A DNA stretch of 64,000 nucleotides from Actinomycetales bacterium (GTDB lineage Bacteria; Actinomycetota; Actinomycetes; Actinomycetales; CAWJMD01): positions 128,760 to 192,759 of the forward strand of contig JBKECN010000034.1 of NCBI GenBank assembly GCA_047974565.1, in the 5' to 3' direction. Shown here piece by piece: positions 52,601 to 62,103 of the stretch. A program made the translations under genes and the position numbers. The notes under the pieces were generated by a model. The model saw only the letters and a program-made list of their open reading frames with translations. It made no database searches and was not told where the DNA came from. Each line of letters starts with the position of its first letter. Position 1 is the stretch's first letter.

Positions 52601-53411
52601 CTTGCACCGGGACCTGGCAGTGCTTCGGCTGAATCTGGGCATCAGCCTCATGGTGCGCGGCGACTGGGTGCGCGCGCTCGATGAGTTCGACCAGGCGACC
52701 GACGGTTTCACCCGGTCCGGTTTTGTCCTGGGGCTGGTGGCCACCGACATCAACCGGGCTGGGATCCTGCTCGAGCAAGGCCACGTGGACGAGGCATTCA
52801 CCCTGTTCGAATCCACCACCCGGCAGGCCAGCGCGGCGGGCAACCGCCGGCTCGCACGGTTCGCCTCCGGGTCCGCCCATCGCGCGCAGGCATGGCACGG
52901 GGACCATGACTCGGCGGTGCAGGGCCTGACCCGGGATATCACCGACCTGCGTGGTGACGGTCAGGACGGCGAGGCCGCCGACCTGGAGGCGTACTTGGCC
53001 GAGACTCTGCTGATGGCAGGACGTTTCGATGAGGTGCGCGAAGTGTGCAGCCGCTTGCTGGACGAACTCGCCGACCGTTCTCAGGAGGTGGTGGTGCTGA
53101 CGGTTGGGCGACTGGCCGCAGTCGCGTCCTATCGGGCGGGCGGCGGCCAGGCGTCCCTGCAGGCCCTACGTGACACCCTCGCCCAAGCCCGACAGCGCGA
53201 GTGCCGGATCGAGATAGCCAGGTGTCTGGCCGCCCTGCAGGAACTGGGTGAGCAGCTCGGCGCCGACGACCGGCGGGAACAAGCCGAGGCTCTGGCCAGC
53301 CTGGGGGTCGTGTGGATGCCACCGACCACCGACAGCGCCCACCTCACCAGGTCTCGCAGTCGCGACCTCTCAGGCCAGGCTGGGCTGCAACCAGGCACCG
53401 GGAGTCGTTGA
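49608..53411 (+). CDS. Tandem class III cyclase-homology domains + AAA_16 P-loop ATPase + TPR-like repeats (STAND-type signalling protein)
   Basis: CHD1: FLAADVNGFTPLTERL...FFGGDALFVVF. CHD2: VAFVNVRGLDELT...GVAIGMHRGTAFVGSVG...TVTAARLAG. Walker A GPAGMGKSALLGAF, Walker B LLVIDDAHWLD. About 650 aa of helical repeats follow. No C-terminal HTH was seen. GTG 49608 or ATG 49614. Confidence 0.85.
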   Translation: MTMPVREAAMQHGRAEPDVVRVEGSFLAADVNGFTPLTERLARAGRIGAEAVAGVMAECFTALLEPLGPLDGSVMFFGGDALFVVFDGPDHQIRAVQAALAMRQVLHRLGRIETPLGSVRLSMAMGIATGRAQQVTVDHADAVYLLGPVISRTLQLQKEAGAAQIRMDAGTRAGQPDGLVQAVDARTWRVARDARPDRGDELPGAREGASRPDEPKSLPGVERELPSGLQLMAGAAIPEHRIVSVAFVNVRGLDELTETARQRQLVEITRLVRAAAEEFGVRWVETDVAVDGAIIVLAAGVGTRHDDDERRLAAAASRILTECAQSGFGDGSQAGVAIGMHRGTAFVGSVGPQSRGSWGSPPRSSTTPGSAAVPSGEARASVTGLTTVTAARLAGAAATGTALASDELTSRLAGRYLLKDPRQLALKGRRAPVTAAVLGPRREQARWAGTSGLVGRSSELDLLTRSWDEHRSGRGSVVEIVGPAGMGKSALLGAFLARCGEPEIAISADIADSVVPFGALSAPLRACLPADLAAVVAGLGPRGVFLAPVLGQDLPRTPAVDEVDIDSVAQIRATLLALLLQERPGLLVIDDAHWLDPSSLDLFARVGRPLADSGWLIVLTRRPAAAPVVPGARLLDLEPLGDAEVARLVGADQGRPLSDARLDAVVAKASGNPLYARQLAAAVVDSSGVGLPELAEQVIGARIDRLEAGVRHRLRAASVLGDPVDLELLAELVPDADHGWEAASEFVVVDEARLRFRHDQIRLAAYAGLRFSERVRLHRAVALAFERRADANPARLADHWQAARDPAQVLRWAGKAAQDAHTRAAYFDEARLRALIVENARAAGVSTRDRAALYAELARCHETNAEFEQAERALGSAMRWAAQDQRLDLRHRLARVAFRGDHLTLAVRRASMALRSAPPDTPVQAELLVLRSAVHAMAGRRRQSDRDARAADEVATRIGRDDLRGTALSQRALNADEYAEPEAAELAAEAVPLLKKAGLHRDLAVLRLNLGISLMVRGDWVRALDEFDQATDGFTRSGFVLGLVATDINRAGILLEQGHVDEAFTLFESTTRQASAAGNRRLARFASGSAHRAQAWHGDHDSAVQGLTRDITDLRGDGQDGEAADLEAYLAETLLMAGRFDEVREVCSRLLDELADRSQEVVVLTVGRLAAVASYRAGGGQASLQALRDTLAQARQRECRIEIARCLAALQELGEQLGADDRREQAEALASLGVVWMPPTTDSAHLTRSRSRDLSGQAGLQPGTGSR

Positions 53412-54185
53412 GCGGCACACGAGCCGCCCGCACCGCTGGGGGGTCAGCAAGGCGGCCGGCCAATCGCCGGTGCTGTCGCGACCCCAGCGAGTCGAGGGTC
53501 GCGGGGCGCACCGCGGCTGCCCCTGTTCGGCGGTCGGATCGCTGCGCACGTCCTGGGGCGTGGACACCTGCGAAGGCGTGGACACCTGCGAAGGTGTTGA
53601 CACCTGCGAACCCGGCGCCTCCGAAGCCAGTCGAGCACTCACATGACCGATGGACAGTTCGCTGAGCATGGGTTCGCTCGCGTCCGCCGGTAGGTGCTCC
53701 GGAGCGGGAGTCGTCTCGTCGCCGGCCGGGTTGAAGGCACGCAGGTACCAGAGTTGCCGAACGGTGAGCTGGGTCAGGTCGCCTGGGCGGTGCCGACCGA
53801 TCTCGCTTCCCGGGCCGTGTGGGGTTGGTGGCACCGGAACCCGGGGCGGCGCCTGCCACGAACCAGGAACCGACGACCCGCGCAGCCGTGCTGTCCGACC
53901 CGCGGTGGGGGTGAGCAGGGCGACGATCCAGCCGGGCAATGCCCACCGCGAGCGTGCCAGCCGAGTCTGGACCCAGGACGTGGATGTCGCCGCGGAAGGT
54001 AATTCGGTAGGGGCGACACGAACGCGTTCGTGGAACAGGACATCGTCGGTGCGGCCGACCAGATCCGAGACGGTTCTGGTGGAAACCCTTTCAGGGAAGG
54101 CGTTCTCGGAGGTATTCCCCGCGAGACCACTGAGGTCGTCGAGGTCGGTCCGGCGGAGCGTGGCGGGGTCGAGAAGGGAAATCAT
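53370..54185 (-). CDS. Hypothetical protein (271 aa)
   Basis: The minus frame has a G/C-rich third position over the N-terminal ~100 codons, whereas the opposing plus ORF reads as Arg/Gly/Ser shadow. No family was recognised. The 3' end overlaps the cyclase 3' end by ~40 nt, so the C-terminal part is doubtful. Confidence 0.4.
   Translation of the reverse strand: MISLLDPATLRRTDLDDLSGLAGNTSENAFPERVSTRTVSDLVGRTDDVLFHERVRVAPTELPSAATSTSWVQTRLARSRWALPGWIVALLTPTAGRTARLRGSSVPGSWQAPPRVPVPPTPHGPGSEIGRHRPGDLTQLTVRQLWYLRAFNPAGDETTPAPEHLPADASEPMLSELSIGHVSARLASEAPGSQVSTPSQVSTPSQVSTPQDVRSDPTAEQGQPRCAPRPSTRWGRDSTGDWPAALLTPQRCGRLVCRSTTPGAWLQPSLA
53557..53610. repeat. 18-bp tandem repeat x3 (GGCGTGGACACCTGCGAA)
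   Basis: Read directly from the sequence. It encodes SQVSTP x3 in the minus ORF. Confidence 0.9.
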
Positions 54186-54348
54186 GGGGGTCTCCTAACC
54201 TGGGCCGGAGGCGGCTGCGTCCGGAAATCTGACCTGTCTTCGAGGTTAGGAAGCCGAACTCTGCCGGTCTGTTCGCCCGCTGACACTTCGAGCAAGATTC
54301 GACGTGGGCCCCGCACCGGTCAGTGGTGCGCCGCACACGCGCCAGAGG

Positions 54349-55437
54349 TCAGCGGGCAGCCGGACCTGCGGTCTCCGGACGGGAGCCGGGAGCATAGATC
54401 GCCACACCGACCACTCCGGGCCCGGCGTGGGCTCCGACGACGGCCCCCACCGAACGCACCTGGGGCCGCGTTCCCACAGACTCGGCGATCCGGTCGGCGA
54501 GCTGGTCGGCCCGCTCGGGCGCACCCAGGTGCTGCACGGTGACGAGCAACTCACCACCGCGGGCGGCCCGGGCCGAGATCACCTCCACGAGCCGTTCAAT
54601 GGCCCGGGCCATGGTCCGGACCCGCTCCTTGAGCACTACCCCGCCGTCCTGCACGGCCAGCACGGGTTTGACCGCCAGCGCCTGCCCCAGCACCGCCCCG
54701 GCCATCGAGATCCGCCCGCCCCGGCGCAGATACTCCAGGGTCTCGACCACGAAGAGCACCTCGGTGGCCGAACTGGCCGCAAGCGCGGCCTGGGCCACGC
54801 CGCGCCCGTCACTGCTTGCCCGCGCGGAGGCGGCGGCAAGCACCCCGTAGCCCAAACCCATTGCGAGGGTGCGCGAATCCACCACGTGTACCGGGACGGA
54901 CACCGCACGGGATGCCAGCCGGGCCATCGCCACGGTGCCGGAGGCGTCGGCCGAGAGGTGGATGCTGACGATCTCCCGGGCCCCCTGGGCAACCAAGTGG
55001 CTGTATGCCTCGACGAAGGCCTGCGAGCTGGGCCGTGAGGTGGTCACCCGCTTGTGCGCGCGCAACGCGGCGACGAGTTCACCGTCCGCCAGGTCGGTCT
55101 CCGGTCGGCTCAGGCCATCCCAGATGACGTCCAGCGGCACGACCTCGATGCCGTGGGCGGCAATCTCGTCCGGCGACAGCGAGGAGGTCGAGTCGGTCAC
55201 CACCCCGACCCGGCCCGCCCCCGGCTGTTCGTCGGCGGCTGACTGTTCGTCGTCGGCCCGCTGTTCGTCGTCGGCTGCCTGTTCGTGGTCGACCCGCTGT
55301 TCGACCCCCGCCCGGGCTCGGGCCGGAGCCGGAGGGTGGGCGCGGCCGTGCCTGCGCCGATCGCGGGGGTCCGCACCCCCACCGCCCGGTCTGGGACGGG
55401 CCTCGTCCGCGAGACTGCCTACCGTGGGGATGAGCAC
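54349..55437 (-). CDS. degV: DegV family fatty-acid-binding protein
   Basis: VGVVTDSTSSL...IEVVPL...TTSRPS...SIHLSADASGT is the DegV pattern. The conserved core begins near GTG 55203. The upstream 78 codons are repeat-encoded and may be untranslated. Confidence 0.85.
   Translation of the reverse strand: MLIPTVGSLADEARPRPGGGGADPRDRRRHGRAHPPAPARARAGVEQRVDHEQAADDEQRADDEQSAADEQPGAGRVGVVTDSTSSLSPDEIAAHGIEVVPLDVIWDGLSRPETDLADGELVAALRAHKRVTTSRPSSQAFVEAYSHLVAQGAREIVSIHLSADASGTVAMARLASRAVSVPVHVVDSRTLAMGLGYGVLAAASARASSDGRGVAQAALAASSATEVLFVVETLEYLRRGGRISMAGAVLGQALAVKPVLAVQDGGVVLKERVRTMARAIERLVEVISARAARGGELLVTVQHLGAPERADQLADRIAESVGTRPQVRSVGAVVGAHAGPGVVGVAIYAPGSRPETAGPAAR
55225..55314. repeat. 18-bp tandem repeat x5 (CTGTTCGTCGTCGGCNNN)
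   Basis: Copies at 55225, 55243, 55261, 55279 and 55297. It would encode (xDDEQx)n upstream of the DegV core. Confidence 0.9.
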
Positions 55438-55447
55438 GCGCTGACGC

Positions 55448-57958
<2,511 letters not shown>

Positions 57959-58023
57959 TGTCGTCCTCACCTGAAGTTCTCCAAGCGCCCGGCCCGCCCG
58001 GTGCGTCGGCCAGTTCACCTGGC

Positions 58024-58052
58024 ACAAGAAAACCCCTCACGCAGGAGGGGCT
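58024..58052 (-). terminator. Canonical intrinsic terminator on the minus strand, ~70 nt upstream of the leuS start
   Basis: The minus strand reads GCCCCTC-CTGCGT-GAGGGG-TTTTCTTGT: a GC stem followed by a U-tract. The plus-strand reading has no U-tract. Confidence 0.6.
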
Positions 58053-58441
58053 TGCCGCGCTGGACCGCCGGGTCGCTCGATCCCACCTCGGCGGCCCGAT
58101 CACGTCGCGCCCGCACAGAGCCGGGAGCGGCCGCATCGGCCTACGCACGCCTGGAGGCGAACTACCCGACGCGCCTAGCGCGGCCACCGAAGCAGCACGC
58201 CGGATCGCATCCGGTCAAGACTAGCGCACCCTCTCGGGCACCCCCGATCACCTTCCGGCGAACGACCCGCACCGAGCAAGGCCAGCGCCGGAGAGTATCC
58301 GGTGGACGCGCTGAGCAACCCAGCGCTGCTCGATTGAGCCGACCGGGCGAACACCGGTGCAGCGGACGGGGGTGCCTGCCGATTGAGGGTGAGCACGCGC
58401 ACCCGGACCTTCACCCGGGTCACCTGAGCGAAAGGACGGCG

Positions 58442-60400
58442 ATGCCTGCCCGCTTCACGCGGCGAGCCGCGGCTCCCCTCAGCCGCGCCCGCACGCGCGT
58501 TCTGGTGCTGCGCTTCAACCTCGTCGTGGCGATGACCAGCCTGGCGGCGGTCGCGTGGGTGCGCATGCCGGGCTTCGAGGGCACCGTGACCGGCTGGCTC
58601 GTGCTCTGCCTGAGCGGACTCGGACTCGTGCTGGGCAGCGGCTACCTGCTGCGTGACCTGCCCGACGCCCGCACCGAGGCCGAGCAGGTGGTGGTGCAGG
58701 CCGTCTCGCAGACCAGGACTCTGGGCGAGCGGCGGCTGGCCGCGCTGTTGGCCGGCACCACCGATCTGGTGCTGGTGCTCAACGCCGAGGGGCGGGTGAC
58801 CTTCTCCTCGGCCCCGTCGATGCGGGTCCTGGGGTACACCCAGTCCGGCATCCGGGGGCGGCTGATCGATGAGCTCCTCACCGAGGATTCCGGCACCCGG
58901 CTGGCCACCGCGATCACCGGCATCAGTGACGGCGCCCAGGTGCGGATGGACCTGATGGCGGTGCGCGGCGACGGCAGACACGCCCCCGTGGAGGTGACGA
59001 TCACCTCCCACCTCGGCGAACAGATCATCTCCGGCTACGTGGTCGCCTTCCGGGACATCTCCCACCTCTCACAAGTCACCGCCGAACTTGCCAGGCAGTC
59101 CCACCACGACCCGCTCACCACGCTGCCGAACCGCAGGCTGTTCCATGCCCAGCTGACCACCGCCTTGCGGTCCGAACGGGGCGGCTCGGTCGGGGTGATC
59201 GTCGCCGACGTCGACAAGTTCAAGGCGGTCAACACCTCCTACGGCGCCGAACTGGGCGACAAGGTGCTCATCGAGCTCGCCTCCCTGTTTCACGAGGTGA
59301 CCGGCCCGAACGACACGCTGGCCCGCCTCGACGGCGACTCCTTCGCCCTGGTGCTGCCCGGACGCACGACCCTGGGGATGACCACCCTGGCGAAGCGGCT
59401 GATGGCCCTCTTGGCGAATCCGCTCTTTGTGGAGGGACACGAGGTCCCCGTGCGGGTGAGCCTGGGCCTGGCACAGGCGGAGCCGGACGACGGCCCGGAC
59501 GAGGTGTACCGCAACGCCGAGGTGGCGCTGGCGTGGGCCAAGCAGTCCGGAGGGTCACAACTGGCCCGATACGAACGTGAGGTGCATCACCGCGCGATCG
59601 ACCAGCTGATGCTGCGCCAGGACCTGGATACCGCGATCCGCCACGGCCAGCTGAAGCTCGTCTACCAGAGCATCGTGGATCTGTCGGATTCCAGCCTGCA
59701 CGGCGTGGAGGCGCTGGTCCGCTGGGATCACCCGATCCGGGGATCGATCCCGCCCAACGACTTCGTGCCGATGGCCGAACAGTCCGGGATGATGATCGAG
59801 TTGGGCAACTTCGTCCTGCGGCGGGCGTGTCTGGCGGCCGCCCGGATGCAGCGCCCCGGAGCCCCGCTGATGATGTCGGTCAACATCTCCGCCCTCCAGC
59901 TGGCCCAGCCGGACTTCGTCATGGACCTGCTGCGGGCCCTGGACGAGGCAAGCCTGGACCCGGGTCTGCTGATGCTGGAGATCACCGAGACGGCCGTGCT
60001 GGTCAGCCAGGACCGGGTGATCCCGCGGTTGGCCGCCCTGCGCAGCCTGGGCGTGCACATCTCGGTCGACGACTTCGGCACCGGCTACTCGTCGCTGAAC
60101 TACCTCACCCGGCTCCCCCTGGACGAACTGAAGGTGGACAAGTCCTTCGTCGACCGGGTGCCGGGCGATCCGGCCACCGAGTCGGTGGTGCGGGGGATGC
60201 TGGAGATGAGCAACAGCCTGGGACTGATCACCGTCGGCGAGGGGATCGAGACACACGAGCAGGCGCGGTGGCTGCACCGTGCCGGGTGCACCCTCGGGCA
60301 GGGGTATCTGTGGTCCCGCCCGATCGACGAGGACGAGGTGCTGGCCGTGCTGGACCACGTCGCCTCCGCTGCGGGCAATCACCTCGATCCGGCTGGGTAG
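58442..60400 (+). CDS. Membrane-anchored PAS-GGDEF(degenerate)-EAL protein
   Basis: Two N-terminal TM segments and a PAS block. The GGDEF site reads LDGDSF. EAL motifs are intact (GVEALVRW, NISALQL, EITE, DDFGTGYSSL, VGEGIET). The first 631 codons of the 1283-aa ORF are antisense to leuS and were trimmed. Confidence 0.88.
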   Translation: MPARFTRRAAAPLSRARTRVLVLRFNLVVAMTSLAAVAWVRMPGFEGTVTGWLVLCLSGLGLVLGSGYLLRDLPDARTEAEQVVVQAVSQTRTLGERRLAALLAGTTDLVLVLNAEGRVTFSSAPSMRVLGYTQSGIRGRLIDELLTEDSGTRLATAITGISDGAQVRMDLMAVRGDGRHAPVEVTITSHLGEQIISGYVVAFRDISHLSQVTAELARQSHHDPLTTLPNRRLFHAQLTTALRSERGGSVGVIVADVDKFKAVNTSYGAELGDKVLIELASLFHEVTGPNDTLARLDGDSFALVLPGRTTLGMTTLAKRLMALLANPLFVEGHEVPVRVSLGLAQAEPDDGPDEVYRNAEVALAWAKQSGGSQLARYEREVHHRAIDQLMLRQDLDTAIRHGQLKLVYQSIVDLSDSSLHGVEALVRWDHPIRGSIPPNDFVPMAEQSGMMIELGNFVLRRACLAAARMQRPGAPLMMSVNISALQLAQPDFVMDLLRALDEASLDPGLLMLEITETAVLVSQDRVIPRLAALRSLGVHISVDDFGTGYSSLNYLTRLPLDELKVDKSFVDRVPGDPATESVVRGMLEMSNSLGLITVGEGIETHEQARWLHRAGCTLGQGYLWSRPIDEDEVLAVLDHVASAAGNHLDPAG

Positions 60401-60435
60401 CGGTACTCAGGCATTCGCGGCGGCGGTGCCGCACG

Positions 60436-61158
60436 GTGAACGGGTTGCTCCTCAACGTCGACCTCGGAGGACCCGTGCCGCAGCCCAGCCCGCCACCCCC
60501 AGTCCGTTCAGCCGACGCGCCCGCCACCCAGGCGGATGCACCCGCTTCGCTCGGCCTCTACGCACTCAAACCCTGGTACACCCGTCGGCTGACACCGATC
60601 CTGCGGGCAGCCGAACGCGCCGGCCTGTCCCCCGATGCCCTCACCGCCGCCGCGGTACTGGCGGCCATCGGCGCCGGGGCCGCGATCGCCGCCGGATGCT
60701 GGATGGGTGCCGCCGTCCTGCTGGCGGTCCGCCTGGCCGGCGCCAATCTGGACGGTGCCCTGGCCCGTCGCCGGGGTCTGGCCTCGTCCTGGGGTTTCGT
60801 CCTCAACGAGGTGGGTGATCGGGCAGCCGACCTGGCGATGTTCGCCGGCCTGGCCGGGCTCGCCTGGCGCACCGGGACGGACGGTTCGCTGGTGCTGGTC
60901 CTGGTGCTGGTCGCGGCGCTGGCCGCGACCCTGCCCACCTTCGCCTCGCTGGCTCTGGCGGGGGCCGGTGCCCCGCGAGCCAATGGCGGACCACTGGGTA
61001 AGACCGAGCGGTGCCTGCTCGCGGTGATCGCCACCGCCATACCGCACCTGCTCGGCGTCCTGGCGGTCCTGCTCATCGCCGGGTCGGTGCTCACCGCAGG
61101 GATGCGTCTGTACCGGGGACACCGCCAGCTCACGCGCGATCGAAGCGCGACACGATGA
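60436..61158 (+). CDS. CDP-alcohol phosphatidyltransferase family protein
   Basis: NLDGALARRRGLASSWGFVLNEVGDRAADL matches D-G-x2-A-R-x8-G-x3-D-x3-D. Polytopic. GTG 60436 (or 60475). Confidence 0.8.
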   Translation: MNGLLLNVDLGGPVPQPSPPPPVRSADAPATQADAPASLGLYALKPWYTRRLTPILRAAERAGLSPDALTAAAVLAAIGAGAAIAAGCWMGAAVLLAVRLAGANLDGALARRRGLASSWGFVLNEVGDRAADLAMFAGLAGLAWRTGTDGSLVLVLVLVAALAATLPTFASLALAGAGAPRANGGPLGKTERCLLAVIATAIPHLLGVLAVLLIAGSVLTAGMRLYRGHRQLTRDRSATR

Positions 61159-62102
61159 GCGGCCTGGCGCTCGGCGCGGCCGTCTCGGCTGCCGGATGGT
61201 GGACGTTCCCCACGCCCGCACTCTCCCCACCCGCACAGGTCCTGGGAGTGTTCGGGCCATTGGCCACGGCGGTTCCGGTGGGCTTCGCCGGGCCCGCGGT
61301 GATGTCCGCCACCGCGCTGGGGGTTTCCGGAGTGGCGGTGTGGGCCGCCGGCAGTCCGGTGCTGCGTCAGCGGTGGTGGTCCTGGGCGGTGATCCTGCCG
61401 GTGACCTGGCTGGTGCTGGTGTGCGGTCCAGCCACCACCGCCGCCTTCGCCGCGGCGGTCGGTCTGGTCGCCGCGCGAGAGTTCGCCCGCCTCGTCGGCT
61501 CCTCGCCCGCGGAGCGGTTCATCGTCGCCGGAGGCGCGATCGGTGCGCCGCTGCTGGCGTGGCTGTCCCCCGACCTGCTGCGCTGGGCGCCACTGGTCCT
61601 CGTCGTGTCCGCCGTCCCCGCCGTGCTGGCCGGGGACACCCGCGACGGCTTGCAGCGGGCTGCCCTGACGGCCTTCGGGACCCTGTGGATCGGCTGGGCG
61701 CTGGCACATCTGGTGCTCGGTTGGCAGCAGGCCTACCTCATCGTGCTGGCGGTGGCCGCCGCGGACGTGGGCGCCTGGTGCGCCGGCACCGGCCTGCGGC
61801 GATTCGCCTGGGCGGGTGCACCTTTGACGCCGGTGTCACCGGGCAAGACCAGGGGTGGGCTGCTGGGGTCGGTGTTGGGCGCGGCAACCGTCCTCATCCT
61901 GGCCGGCCGACCCGAGATCGGGCTCATCCTCGTCGTCGGCCTCGGCGCGGTTGTCGGTGACCTGATCGAGTCGTTGGCCAAGCGATCCGCCGGGGTCAAG
62001 GACGCCGGCTCCTGGCTGCCTGGTTTCGGCGGCATGCTCGACCGGATCGACTCGCTGCTCGTCGTGCTGCCGGTGGCGGCAGCCGTCACGACGGGACTGT
62101 GA
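61155..62102 (+). CDS. Phosphatidate cytidylyltransferase (CdsA family)
   Basis: SPGKTRGGLLGS...GDLIESLAKRSAGVKDAGSWLPGFGGMLDRIDSLL is the CTP-transferase signature. ATGA overlap with the upstream gene. Confidence 0.85.
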   Translation: MSGLALGAAVSAAGWWTFPTPALSPPAQVLGVFGPLATAVPVGFAGPAVMSATALGVSGVAVWAAGSPVLRQRWWSWAVILPVTWLVLVCGPATTAAFAAAVGLVAAREFARLVGSSPAERFIVAGGAIGAPLLAWLSPDLLRWAPLVLVVSAVPAVLAGDTRDGLQRAALTAFGTLWIGWALAHLVLGWQQAYLIVLAVAAADVGAWCAGTGLRRFAWAGAPLTPVSPGKTRGGLLGSVLGAATVLILAGRPEIGLILVVGLGAVVGDLIESLAKRSAGVKDAGSWLPGFGGMLDRIDSLLVVLPVAAAVTTGL

Positions 62103-62103
62103 G

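Noticed and set aside
58053-58441. T-box riboswitch leader for leuS
   Set aside because: There is no AGAGA/GNRA stem-I features, no clear specifier loop, and the only T-box-like string (GGTGGCCGCG) is too far from the terminator to form an antiterminator.
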